Both the position numbers and the translations under genes were made by a program. The notes below the pieces were generated by a model that saw only the letters and a list, made by a program, of their open reading frames with translations, was not told where the DNA came from and searched no databases. From Nemertoderma westbladi (taxonomy: Eukaryota > Animalia > Xenacoelomorpha): DNA of 64,000 bases. Position 1 is the first letter of the stretch. Each line of letters starts with the position of its first letter. Shown here piece by piece: positions 14,801 through 28,612 of this stretch. Location of the stretch: NCBI GenBank assembly GCA_032718475.1, contig JAUCBJ010007007.1, forward strand, positions 1-64,000, read 5' to 3'.

Positions 14801-17800
14801 ATAACTCACTTAACTATAGTTACCGAGCGTCGGACAATCTAATAACTCACTAACTATAGTTACCGAGTGTCGGACAATCTGATAACTCACTAACTATAGT
14901 TACCGAGTGTCGGACAATCTAATAACTCACTTAACAAAGTTACCCAGTGTCGGACAATCTAATAACTCGCTTAACTAAGTTACGGAGCGTCGGACAATCT
15001 AATAACTCACTTAACTATAGTTACCGAGTGTCGGACAATCTAATAACTAACTAACTATAGTTACCGAGTGTCGGACAATCTGATAACTCACTTAACTATA
15101 GTTACCGAGTGTCGGACAATCTAATAACTCACTTAAATAAGTTACCGAGCGTCGGACAATCTAATAATTCACTTAACTATAGTTACCGAGTGTCGGACAA
15201 TCTAATAACTCACTTAACTATAGTTACCGAGTGACGGACAATCTAATAACTCGCTTAACTAAGTTACGGAGCGTCGGACAATCTAATAACTAACTAACTA
15301 TAGTTACCGAGTGTCGGACTATCTAATAACTCACTTAACTATAGTTACCGAGCGTCGGACAATCTAATAACTCACTTAACTATAGTTACCGAGCGTCGGA
15401 CAATCTAATAACTCACTAACTATAGTTACCGAGTGTCGGACAATCTGATAACTCACTAACTATAGTTACCGAGTGTCGGACAATCTAATAACTCACTTAA
15501 CAAAGTTACCCAGTGTCGGACAATCTAATAACTCACTTAACTATAGTTACCGAGTGTCGGACAATCTAATAACTCACTAACTATAGTTACCGAGTGTCGG
15601 ACAATCTAATAACTCACTTAACTAAGTTACCGAGCGTCGGACAATCTAATAATTCACTTAACTATAGTTACCGAGTGTCGGACAATCTAATAACTCACTT
15701 AACTATAGTTACCGAGTGACGGACAATCTAATAACTAACTAACTATAGTTACTGAGTGTCGGACAATCTAATAACTCACTTAACTATGTTACGGAGCGTC
15801 GGACAATCTAATAACTCACTTAACTAAGTTACCGAGTGTCGGACAATCTAATAACTAACTAACTATAGTTACTGAGTGTCGGACAATCTAATAACTCACT
15901 TAACTAATTTACCGAGTGTCGGACAATCTAATAACTCACTTAACTATAGTTACCGTGTCGGACAATCTAATAACTCACTAACTATAGTTACAGAGCGTCG
16001 GACAATCTAATAACTCACTTAACTAAGTTACCGAGTGTCGGACAATCGAATAACTAACTAACTATAGTTACCGAGTGTCGGACAATCTAATAACTCACTT
16101 AACTATGTTACGGAGCGTCGGACAATCTAATAACTCACTTAACTAAGTTACCGAGTGTCGGACAATCTAATAACTAACTAACTATAGTTACTGAGTGTCG
16201 GACAATCTAATAACTCACTTAACTAAGTTACCGAGTGTCGGACAATCTAATAACTCACTTAACTATAGTTACCGAGTGTCGGACAATCTAATAACTCACT
16301 GAACTATAGTTACAGAGCGTCGGACAATCTAATAACTCACTTAACTAAGTTACCGAGTGTCGGACAATCTAATAACTAACTAACTATAGTTACCGAGTGT
16401 CGGACAATCTAATAACTAACTAACTATAGTTACCGAGTGTCGGACAATCTAATAACTCACTTAACTATAGTTACCGAGTGTCGGAAAATCTAATAACTAA
16501 CTAACTATAGTTACCGAGTGTCGGACAATCTAATAACTCACTTAACTAAGTTACCGAGCGTCGGACAATCTAATAACTCACTTAACTAAGTTACCGAGTG
16601 TCGGACAATCTAATAACTCACTTAACTATAGTTACGGAGCGTCGGACAATCTAATAACTAACTAACTATAGTTACCGAGTGTCGGACAATCGAATAACTC
16701 ACTTAACTAAGTTACCGAGCGTCGGACAATCTAATAACTCACTTAACTATAGTTACGGAGCGTCGGACAATCTAATAACTCACTTAACTAAGTTACCGAG
16801 TGTCGGACAATCTAATAACTCACTTAACTATAGTTACGGAGCGTCGGACAATCTAATAACTAACTAACTATAGTTACCGAGTGTCGGACAATCGAATAAC
16901 TCACTTAACTAAGTTACGGAGCGTCGGACAATCTAATAACCCACTTAACTATAGTTACCGAGTGTCGGACAATCTAATAACTCACTTAACTATAGTTACG
17001 GAGCGTCGGACAATCTAATAACTCACTTAAATATAGTTAACGAGTGTCGGACAATCTAATAACTCACTTAACTAAGTTACCGAGTGTCGGACAATCTAAT
17101 AACTAACTAACTATAGTTACCGAGTGTCGGACAATCTAATAACTCACTTAACTATAGTTACCAAGCGTCGGACAATCTAATAACTCGCTTAACTAAGTTA
17201 CGGAGCATCGGACAATCTAATAACTAACTAACTATAGTTACCGAGTTTTGGACAATCTAATAACTCACTTAACTATAGTTACCGAGCGTCGGACAATCTA
17301 ATAACTCGCTTAACTAAGTTACGGAGCGTCTGACAATCTAATAACTAACTAACTATAGTTACCGAGTGTCGGACAATCTAATAACTCACTTAACTATAGT
17401 TACGGAGCGTCGGACAATCTAATAACTCACTTAACTATAGTTACCGAGTGTCGGACAATCTAATAACTAACTAACTATAGTTACCGAGTGTCGGACAATC
17501 TGATAACTCACTTAACTATAGTTACCGAGTGTCGGACAATCTAATAACTCACTTAAATAAGTTACCGAGCGTCGGACAATCTAATAATTCACTTAACTAT
17601 AGTTACCGAGTGTCGGACAATCTAATAACTCACTTAACTATAGTTACCGAGTGACGGACAATCTAATAACTCGCTTAACTAAGTTACGGAGCGTCGGACA
17701 ATCTAATAACTAACTAACTATAGTTACCGAGTGTCGGACAATCTAATAACTCACTTAACTATAGTTACCGAGCGTCGGACAATCTAATAACTCGCTTAAC

Positions 17801-19490
17801 TAAGTTACGGAGCGTCGGACAATCTAATAACTAACTAACTATAGTTACCGAGTGTCGGACAATCTAATAACTCACTTAACTATAGTTACGGAGCGTCGGA
17901 CAATCTAATAACTCACTTAACTATAGTTACCGAGTGTCGGACAATCTAATAACTAACTAACTATAGTTACCGAGTGTCGGACAATCTGATAACTCACTTA
18001 ACTATAGTTACCGAGTGTCGGACAATCTAATAACTCACTTAAATAAGTTACCGAGCGTCGGACAATCTAATAACTCACTTAACTATAGTTACCGAGTGTC
18101 GGACAATCTAATAACTCACTTAATTAAGTTACCGAGTGTCGGACAATCTAATAACTAACTAACTATAGTTACCGAGTGTCGGACAATCTAATAACTCACT
18201 TAACTATAGTTACGGAGCGTCGGACAATCTAATAACTCACTTAACTATAGTTACCGAGTGTCGGACAATCTAATAACTAACTAACTATAGTTACCGAGTG
18301 TCGGACAATCTAATAACTCACTTAACTATAGTTACTGAGTGTCGGACAATCTAATAACTAACTAACTATAGTTACGGAGCGTCGGACAATCTAATAACTC
18401 ACTTAACTATAGTTACCGAGTGTCGGACAATCTAATAACTCACTTAACTAAGTTACCGTGTGTCGGACAATCTAATAACTAACTAACTATAGTTACCGAG
18501 TGTCGGACAATCTAATGACTCACTTAACTAAGTTACCGACTGTCGGACAATCTAATAACTAACTAACTATAGTTACCGAGTGTCGGACAATCTAATAACT
18601 AACTAACTATAGTTACCGAGTGTCGGACAATCTAATAACTCACTTAACTATAGTTACGGAGCGTCGGACAATCTAATAACTAACTAACTATAGTTACCGA
18701 GTGTCGGACAATCTAATAACTAACTAACTATAGTTACCGAGTGTCGGACAATCTGATAGCTCACTTAACTAAGTTATCGAGCGTCGGACAATCTAATAAT
18801 TCACTTAACTATAGTTACGGAGCGTCGGACAATCTAATAACTAACTAACTATAGTTACCGAGTGTCGGACAATCTAATGACTCACTTAACTAAGTTACCG
18901 ACTGTCGGACAATCTAATAACTAACTAACTATAGTTACCGAGTGTCGGACAATCTAATAACTAACTAACTATAGTTACCGAGTGTCGGACAATCTAATAA
19001 CTCACTTAACTATAGTTACGGAGCGTCGGACAATCTAATAACTAACTAACTATAGTTACCGAGTGTCGGACAATCTAATAACTAACTAACTATAGTTACC
19101 GAGTGTCGGACAATCTAATAACTCACTTAACTATAGTTACGGAGCGTCGGACAATCTAATAATTCACTTAACTATAGTTACCGAGTGTCGGACAATCTAA
19201 TAACTCACTTCACTAAGTTACCGAGCGTCGGACAATCTAATAACTCACTTAACTAAGTTACCGAGTGTCGGACAATCTAATAACTAACTAACTATAGTTA
19301 CCGAGTGTCGGACAATCTGATAACTCACTTAACTAAGTTATCGAGCGTCGGACAATCTAATAACTCACTAATTATAGTTACCGAGCGTCGGACAATCTAA
19401 TAACTCACTTAACTAAGTTACCGAGTGTCGGACAATCTAATAACTCACTTAAATAAGTTACTGAGTGTCGGAGAATCCAATAATTAACTC
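2883..19490. repeat. Satellite array of ~410 units of 40-41 bp, consensus GTTACCGAGTGTCGGACAATCTAATAACTCACTTAACTATA
   Basis: Continuous tandem repeat seen directly. Diagnostic variants recur in kilobase-scale blocks. Confidence 0.99.
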
Positions 19491-19492
19491 AA

Positions 19493-20619
19493 CTAGCTTT
19501 GGGATTGCGAGTCGCCGAGTTCGAGGCGTTTTAACTCGCTAACCGCCGGTAAAACATCCTCGATGGAATGAATGTCTAGGAGTTCCATTAGGTCTGTGAT
19601 TAGATGGGAGAACGGCTGGAAGAACTCGTCGTGGACTTCCACCTTCCTCATTATATCCTGGAGATCGTCCGACTCGAGTATCTTCCTCAACTGTTCGCTG
19701 GTGGTGTCGTTGTAGGACTCGGCTATCCCCTTGAGCGCGTGGACCACCTCGGTGGAGTGGCAGTGCTGGTCCAGACAGGCGATATCCTTGAGGTTCCGCA
19801 TCACGTTGTTAACCTCCTCGAGTCGGGTGTAAACCTCGTTCATCCGCGGGAAGACCCCCTCCAACGACTTACACTCAAACAGTTGCTGGAAGTGGGACAC
19901 TATAGACTGTAGTGTGTGCGGGTTGGGGCCGCTAGAGGCGTTCTGTTGCTTCGCTATGTGTCTCCGTAGGGAGTCCAGGTAACAGTTTATCTCACCGACG
20001 GAGGTCTCCTTCTCTACGGGCGGGTTGTCCGGTAGGATTACCGCGACCAGTTGGTTCACCGCGCTACGGAGGTCGTCTAGGAGTCGCAGCTGCGACAGCC
20101 GGTCGTCCAACGTCCGTAGGACCTGCCGTTGGGTTCGGTCGCACAGCGGTTCGTGCCGTTTACTCCCGTCCAACCCGACCAGCTCCACCACCGACTCTAT
20201 GAACTCCTCGGCGGCGCGCAGTCTCTCCCGAGAATCCGCGCGGCCGCGCGCCGCCTTAACGACGCCGCGCGCCGACTTGGCGTCGAGGATCTTGGCGACT
20301 TCCACCAACGTCGATCGCGCTAACTCCGGCGCCATGAACTCGATGTCCTCCCGAGTCGAGCTCCCGTCTATCTCCCTTCGAGCCACGGCGTTGAGCGGCT
20401 CCTCGGTCGGCGGAACTCGGATGTTGTGCCGTTCCAACAGTTTCTCGAGCTTCCGGACTCGCTGTTGGTACATCCGGAAGTCCTTTATCCTCGGACGCGA
20501 TTCCAACTCCAGTTGCGACTTCGCTCTCTCGTTCTCTAAACGTTTAACACTTCCCAATAAATCTTCCATCTGTTTCTCGTAGAGAAGGCTTTTATTTTTC
20601 TCGTTATTTCTTTCAAGAC
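19493..20619 (-). CDS. CEP70: Centrosomal protein 70, exon 2
   Basis: The C-terminus IVSHFQQLFECKSLEGVFPRMNEVYTRLEEVNNVMRNLK...HDEFFQPF...DVLPAV matches remembered CEP70 motifs. Acceptor TTTTAG ends at 20620, and its phase 1 matches the exon 1 donor. Confidence 0.88.
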
Positions 20620-21977
20620 CTAAAATCATAACGGCAATTCAACGTTAATTAAAGTATAAATAACAAAATATTATTATTTATTACATGGGAAAAAAGTATA
20701 ACTTTTATTCACTATTCTCGATGCATGATTTAGTGTTCTCGAATATTTATTACGTAACTAGAGAGCCGCCTAACTACATAAACCAATATTGGATATTGAG
20801 TTCCGTTTTGGAGTTCGCTTTACAGACACTTTCAAACAATTACAATTACAGACAATTACTTGCAAACCTATTTTACTTAGATTTAAGAAATTCCACAAAG
20901 AATATTTTATTCGACCTTTTTCCACCGGGAAAAAAGTGAAATCAATGCAATCCTATTGATCCCATTATGAGGTATATTCGATCGAAATAGTAACAATTTA
21001 AAAATAAAATCGTTTATAAGGAATAATTTAACTCTTGAAGCATTTAATATTATTATCAAAAATTCGAAAGAATATATTTGATAAGAAAGAAGACTGTAAG
21101 TCTATAGTACATAGTAACAGTAACAGCCTCATATGACCGACAGGACTTGGCTTAGGGTTGAATTATTTTAATTCAATTTTAATTCAATTCAATTTCAATG
21201 TAGCTCTTCTAAAGGTCCAGATTACTGCATGAGATACAAATTAATATAGGAGTACTTACGACAATAGACAATTAAACCAGTGTTATGGAATAGAGAGATC
21301 ATTAAGTATGAAACTTACGGAAATATTAGTTGGGTACGAGATATAAACTGAGGCGGATACACACACACAGTTTATTATACATACACACACACAGTTTATT
21401 ATACACACACAATAAGACTTTATACAAACAGTACACGCACTGATAAACAGCAATAGCTAGAGTTAAGCGAAGTACACCCAAATAGCATAGCTAGTGCGGG
21501 CAATACTTGGCTTAATTAGAAGAACAGTGGGCTGCAGATTTGTAGATAGAGTTAATTGCACTTTTAGGCAATGTTATGGTTATGGCAGTTTCTAGATACT
21601 GTTAATTGCACTTATACTAAAGAAAAAAAAGAAAGTAAAAAATAGTTGCTGTGCTCACCGCCGACTCTAATGATGTGACATACACTTATTAGATTTAAAA
21701 TAAACTAAACTCACTGACTAATAATATTGCTGCTGAATAAGAAAGAAATAGTGTAATGGGAAATATATCATCTGTAAAAAATATAATGTATTCAGGATTT
21801 ATCAAGCAATTCTAAGAGGTATGACTTCAGGTTTCTGGAAAATAATTGTTTAGACTTTATTGGACAAAGCTCAAGAGGTAGATTGTATTTGGGCCAAATA
21901 GTCAGAGAAACTCACAACGTCTCCTTGAATTCATAGGACTTTGACTCTATTAAAGTGCTAAATAACCATAACCATAC

Positions 21978-22812
21978 CTCTCCTCTCGGTAGACTCCGCT
22001 GTTAACTCCCGTTCTCCACTATAACTCCTCCCTCGCTCCGCAACGTCTCCCCCACTCTTCCGTAACCTCCTAACATCCCCCTCCAACTCCCACACTTTCC
22101 CCTCGTACGCGTCTATCAGCTCCATCGTCCGTTGGTCCACACGACTCAACGTCCGGGGTTGACGCTTCTTATAGGCCTCGAACACGGCTCTGTGCCGCGC
22201 TACTCTCTTCCCATCCGCCTCCTGGGCGGCTCGCAGCTTCCGTTGGACTCGCGCCGTTTCCTCCTCTAGATTACCGTTCCGGTACTCCAACTGTCTGATC
22301 TTCAGTCTCTGATCCCGAACGCTCACCTCCATTCGCTCCACGCTATCCGACCTCCGGCAACCGATATGACCACGAAGTTGTCGCTCTAACTTCTCCACGG
22401 CGTCGATGTTTAAACGCAAATCGTCCTGCAGATTCTTCCGCTCGATGTGGTTGTGGCGCGAGATTTTCTCCAGGACTATTTTATCCTCTTTCAGCGCGTT
22501 GGTTTGCAGTATAAGCTCCTGCACTAAGTCCTGACGTCTGTCGTTATCTTTCATTAGGACCAGAAGGTTCTCCGTTAAACATCGTACGGCCGCTGGGTTG
22601 AAGGCGACCGTTCCGTCCGCGTTGGGAACGTGGCTGCTGGGTTCCAGCGTTCCCAGACCGTGCATCCGCAATTCCCGGTTGACCTGTTCCCAATCCACGA
22701 CGAGTTCTCGTGTCGACGTAAACTCAACACGTTTGGGAACTTCCTCCTCCGATCCCTGGTGGATCGGCTGGTCGCAACCCCTTCGAGTTACCTCTTCCAA
22801 GTCGTTATACAT
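21978..22812 (-). CDS. CEP70: Centrosomal protein 70, exon 1 (coiled coil); spliced product 653 aa
   Basis: WEQVNRELRMHGL...RRQDLVQELI resembles the CEP70 N-terminus. The GTATGG donor at 21977 follows 835 nt (phase 1) and joins exon 2 in frame. Confidence 0.82.
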
Positions 22813-22921
22813 AGTTCAGTGCTGCAGTGGTTACCGGTATGTATAACGATAGTTACCAGTGGACCTTCAGACCTTAGACCTATGTTGTTTATTATTAATA
22901 TTATTATTACATTGTATTAGC

Positions 22922-22959
22922 CAAGGACTACAGGACTATTGAAGCTTCAGTAGTCCTTG
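22922..22959. mobile_element. 38-bp minimal TIR element with an 8-bp target-site duplication (hAT- or P-like remnant)
   Basis: TIRs CAAGGACTAC / GTAGTCCTTG, with GTATTAGC on both sides (22914-22921 and 22960-22967). Confidence 0.65.
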
Positions 22960-25004
22960 GTATTAGCCTATACCAGTATACCTGTACACCGTTTTCAGTC
23001 TATCTCAGTATCTGCTATCGGTGACGCGTGACGATGGTTTCATGGTTTGATTAATTTAGAAATTCTGAAATTCCATTAGACAGAAAATGAACTCGTAGAC
23101 ATAATGTTGGTGATCATGGATAATGTTGGTATTATTTACTTTTTTTTCAATCTAATGGAACATTGAACTTTTAACTGGTAGGCGTGCGTATTATTGTATT
23201 ATTAACATGATAAATAATATATGCAAGGCGCTTTTATGTACAAATATTGATTCTATTTTTGTTATTACCAGTGTAACGTTTTAATTTAGTTTAGTTTAAT
23301 TACGCCAGTATCAATAAAAATATATCTCAAAAGTCAAACATACAAACGCAGATGATAGAAATAAAGATAATCCATGATTAGGACAAAATTACAGTAAAAT
23401 TAAATTTCAATATGAAGGTAATGTACGTACGTACTGTAAGTAATGTAATATATACACGTTCTGTTATACAGTCTGCATTGCACCAAGATAAATACTTATA
23501 CATATTCAGATATTGTAAACAATTTGTTTTTCGCAATGGCTGGCAAGTTACGCAGTTGCGTTTTAAGGCGGGAATAAAATATAAATAAAAAATAGATTAA
23601 TTAATTAAAGATAAAATTCGATAAAATATAAATAAAAAAAAATAGATTAATTAATTAAAGATAAAATTCGATAAAAAAAAATAAATATTAAGTAATTTAA
23701 TATTATGTAATTTGGCATGTACTGTAACCTGTAACCGGAAACTATTCTATTGACATTAGTTAGTAGCGTGCCACTGCTCCATTGATCATTATTTATGCTA
23801 ATTACTGTTAATAACCAGTTGATTGAAATGAAGCAGATTGGTTACAGTGGGAGGCTATAACCAAAACAATAAACGAAATCCAAGAGTATATAAAATAGGT
23901 TTCAGTTTCAAATTTGTTGTTGTTGGCAGTGGTTGTCGGCTGTCGGCGTAGCGTAAACACAATGTTAATGCTGTAATGTTTTATTCTATACATATTTATA
24001 GACATTAATGGGTTTTGGAGTATATACTGTAGGCCTAGGCCTACTTTGTACTGTAATTAATGACTTAGCCGTCAATAACGTCCGTGTCAACTCATATAGC
24101 AGAGATATTACAGTAGGATCAATTACTTACTCAATTAAAGTAACACATAAACATATCAAATAGTCCCTCCCTCATAACGTTTATATTTTGTAATGTATCA
24201 ATGATGGAATCTTACAGTCTAGTAGGCTACTGGAAATAGGGTGTACTGTACTGTACTTGTAATATAAATAATAATTAAAAGTAATACTAATATATTGTAT
24301 AAGTTTATCTCTTTATACTGTAGATTACAGCATTTCACTATCACATTACATTACTATACTGTATTTATACATAGTAAGACTGTTGTGTGAATATTGGTTG
24401 TTGATCGGTATAATATATCATACTGTAATTAATACATATCTATATTACCAATATTATACTGTAGTTTGGCAGCGCCTTCTAATACAGAATCATCTGAATA
24501 ACTGAGTAAAAAGGTAAGAGCAACAAGATCCTTCCTTAACATTGCCAAAGTCGCAAACCAAGTTATAACTAGCGAGCCATGCAGCCATGATAGTTCAGCT
24601 ATGTTAGTATTCCTTCGGTTCTACTGTACTTTGGAGTTTGTTGCCAGTTACTATTAATTATGGGTGCGGGTAAGAGTAGAGAGTAGGATCGTGACTACTC
24701 AAGTATGACACAAGTCCAGTAACTAACAACTACTGCATTATGTAACAACTCATCTTCTGAATAGTAAGTATCGTAATTCTGGTAACAAACTTACTGTAAA
24801 AGTAAACCATAAAACATAAAACTAAACTTTGTGTATTATAAATTTTTTTTAATATCCATTGATGTTAAGATACTAGAAACGGGCCTAGCGGCGGCCCGTG
24901 AAGGAACCGCCTGTCCAACCAAGGTGCACTAAAACTTAACTCATTATTACTATCTCTTCGCATGCTCTGGACAAGTTTCGTTTAGGTCTTGTCGAGTTCT
25001 TGTC

Positions 25005-27750
25005 CAATCAGAGTGTCCCAATCCTAGACCCCTGACCCAACAGGGTCGTGGCCCACCCAGGGTGTTGAGACTAAGCTGAACGATGTTCCTAGCAAGTATG
25101 GACGAGTTTCGTATAGTTCTAGTCGAGCTTCGAGTTTCGGCTAATCAGAGTGTCCCAATCCTAGATCCCCTGCCCAACAGGGTCGTAGCGTGGCCCAACC
25201 AGGGTGTTGAGACTAAGGTGAACGATGTTCCTAGCAAGTATGGACGAGTTTCGTATAGTTCTAGTCGAGCTTCGAGTTTCGGCTAATCAGAGTGTCCCAA
25301 TCCTAGATCCCCTGCCCAACAGGGTCGTGGCGTGGCCCAACCAGGGTGTTGAGACTAAGGTGAACGATGTTCCTAGCAAGTATGGACGAGTTTCGTATAG
25401 TTCTAGTCGAGCTTCGAGTTTCGGCTAATCAGAGTGTCCCAATCCTAGATCCCCTGCCCAACAGGGTCGTAGCGTGGCCCACCCAGGGTGTTGAGACTAA
25501 GGTGAACGATGTTCCTAGCAAGTATGGACGAGTTTCGTATAGTTCTAGTCGAGCTTCGAGTTTCGGCTAATCAGAGTGTCCCAATCCTAGATCCCCTGCC
25601 CAACAGGGTCGTGGCGTGGCCCAACCAGGGTGTTGAGACTAAGGTGAACGATGTTCCTAGCAAGTATGGACGAGTTTCGTATAGTTCTAGTCGAGCTTCG
25701 AGTTTCGGCTAATCAGAGTGTCCCAATCCAAGATCCCCTGCCCAACAGGGTCGTGGCGTGGCCCAACCAGGGTGTTGAGACTAAGGTGAACGATGTTCCT
25801 AGCAAGTATGGACGAGTTTCGTATAGTTCTAGTCGAGCTTCGAGTTTCGGCTAATCAGAGTGTCCCAATCCTAGATCCCCTGCCCAACAGGGTCGTGGCG
25901 TGGCCCAACCAGGGTGTTGAGACTAAGGTGAACGATGTTCCTAGCAAGTATGGACGAGTTTCGTATAGTTCTAGTCGAGCTTCGAGTTTCGGCTAATCAG
26001 AGTGTCCCAATCCTAGATCCCCTGCCCAACAGGGTCGTGGCGTGGCCCAACCAGGGTGTTGAGACTAAGGTGAACGATGTTCCTAGCAAGTATGGACGAG
26101 TTTCGTATAGTTCTAGTCGAGCTTCGAGTTTCGACTAATCGGAGTGTCCCAATCCTAGATCCCCTGGCCCAACAGGGTCGAGGCGTGGCCCACCCAGGGT
26201 GTTGAGACTAAGGTTAACGATGTTCCTAGCAAGTATGGACGAGTTTCGTATAGTTCTAGTCGAGCTTCGAGTTTCGGCTAATCAGAGTGTCCCAATCCTA
26301 GATCCCCTGGCCCAACAGGGTCGTGGCCCACCCAGGGTGTTGAGACTAAGGTGAACGATATTCCTAGCGAATATGGACGAGTTTCGTATAGTTCTAGTCG
26401 AGCTTCGAGTTTCGGCTAATCAGAGTGTCCCAATCCTAGATCCCCTGCCCAACAGGGTCGTGGCGTGGCCCAACCAGGGTGTTGAGACTAAGGTGAACGA
26501 TGTTCCTAGCAAGTATGGACGAGTTTCGTATAGTTCTAGTCGAGCTTCGAGTTTCGGCTAATCAGAGTGTCCCAATCCTAGATCCCCTGCCCAACAGGGT
26601 CGTGGCGTGGCCCAACCAGGGTGTTGAGACTAAGCTGAACGATGTTCCTAGCAAGTATGGACGAGTTTCGTATAGTTCTAGTCGAGCTTCGAGTTTCGGC
26701 TAATCAGAGTGTCCCAATCCTAGATCCCCTGCCCAACAGGGTCGTGGCGTGGCCCAACCAGGGTGTTGAGATTAAGGTGAACGATGTTCCTAGCAAGTAT
26801 GGACGAGTTTCGTATAGTTCTAGTCGAGCTTCGAGTTTCGGCTAATCAGAGTGTCCCAATCCTAGATCCCCTGCCCAACAGGGTCGTGGCGTGGCCCAAC
26901 CAGGGTGTTGAGACTAAGGTGAACGATGTTCCTAGCAAGTATGGACGAGTTTCGTATAGTTCTAGTCGAGCTTCGAGTTTCGGCTAATCAGAGTGTCCCA
27001 ATCCTAGATCCCCTGCCCAACAGGGTCGTGGCGTGGCCCAACCAGGGTGTTGAGACTAAGGTGAACGATGTTCCTAGCAAGTATGGACGAGTTTCGTATA
27101 GTTCTAGTCGAGCTTCGAGTTTCGGCTAATCAGAGTGTCCCAATCCTAGATCCCCTGCCCAACAGGGTCGTGGCGTGGCCCAACCAGGGTGATGAGACTA
27201 AGGTGAACGATGTTCCTAGCAAGTATGGACGAGTTTCGTATAGTTCTAGTCGAGCTTCGAGTTTCGGCTAATCAGAGTGTCCCAATCCTAGATCCCCTGC
27301 CCAACAGGGTCGTGGCGTGGCCCAACCAGGGTGTTGAGACTAAGGTGAACGATATTCCTAGCAAGTATGGACGAGTTTCGTATAGTTCTAGTCGAGCTTC
27401 GAGTTTCGGCTAATCAGAGTGTCCCAATCCTAGATCCCCTGGCCCAACAGGGTCGTGGCCCACCCAGGGTGATGAGACTAAGGTGAACGATGTTCCTAGC
27501 AAGTATGGACGAGTTTCGTATAGTTCTAGTCGAGCTTCGAGTTTCGGCTAATCAGAGTGTCCCAATCCTAGATCCCCTGCCCAACAGGGTCGTGGCGTGG
27601 CCCAACCAGGGTGTTGAGACTAAGGTGAACGATGTTCCTAGCGAATATGGACGAGTTTCGTATAGTTCTAGTCGAGCTTCGAGTTTCAGTTTCCGGGCCC
27701 ACCAGGGTGTTGAGAGTAAGGTGATGAAGAGGGATGTTCTTAGTGAGTAT
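25005..27750. repeat. 142-bp tandem repeat, ~19 near-identical units
   Basis: Seen directly; the repeated 67-aa ORFs are spaced 142 bp apart. Degenerate units lie at both edges. Confidence 0.97.
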
Positions 27751-28010
27751 GGACGAGTTCCGTTTAATTATATATTTAATTAATTTCACCAAATATGTAT
27801 TCGATAACATATTAACGAGAACCGTTTAATTCCGTTAGGTTCCGTTTAATTCTAGTCTAGATTTATTGAGTTTCAATTTCGGCCAATCAGAGCGTCCCAT
27901 TCGTAGACGACTCGCCCCTTGGGTCTGAAAACTTGCGAGTTACCTTACAATTGGCCTATGTATCTATGGTCAAAAAATTTGGGAAATCGTTAAGAGCGTA
28001 TTAAATTTGA

Positions 28011-28612
28011 TCACTCACTCACTCCACTCACTTAGACACTCACTCACTCCACTCACTTAGACACTCACTCACTCCACTCACTTAGACACTCACTCACTCC
28101 ACTCACTTAGACACTCACTCACTCCACTCACTTAGACACTCACTCACTCCACTCACTTAGACACTCACTCACTCCACTCACTTAGACACTCACTCACTCC
28201 ACTCACTTAGACACTCACTCACTCCACTCACTTAGACACTCACTCACTCCACTCACTTAGACACTCACTCACTCCACTCACTTAGACACTCACTCACTCC
28301 ACTCACTTAGACACTCACTCACTCCACTCACTTAGACACTCACTCACTCCACTCACTTAGACACTCACTCACTCCACTCACTTAGACACTCACTCACTCC
28401 ACTCACTTAGACACTCACTCACTCCACTCACTTAGACACTCACTCACTCCACTCACTTAGACACTCACTCACTCCACTCACTTAGACACTCACTCACTCC
28501 ACTCACTTAGACACTCACTCACTCCACTCACTTAGACACTCACTCACTCCACTCACTTAGACACTCACTCACTCCACTCACTTAGACACTCACTCACTCC
28601 ACTCACTTAGAC
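28011..28612. repeat. Perfect 25-bp repeat (CACTCACTCACTCCACTCACTTAGA), ~24 units, near the Helitron 5' end
   Basis: Seen directly. Confidence 0.97.

Noticed and set aside
2883-19490. CRISPR array or coding repeats (62-aa ORFs)
   Set aside because: Units are directly adjacent with no unique spacers, there are no cas genes and the context is eukaryotic. The ORFs are chance stop-free runs.
23570-23690. Duplicated ~55-bp AT-rich segment
   Set aside because: A low-complexity local duplication with no further structure.
25083-27783. Tandem family of 67-aa genes
   Set aside because: The ORFs overlap each other, and the 142-bp period is not a multiple of 3. They are by-products of the repeat inside a Helitron.
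28011-28612. Telomeric repeat
   Set aside because: It contains TTAG but is a 25-bp unit internal to Helitron termini, not (TTAGGG)n or (TTAGG)n.
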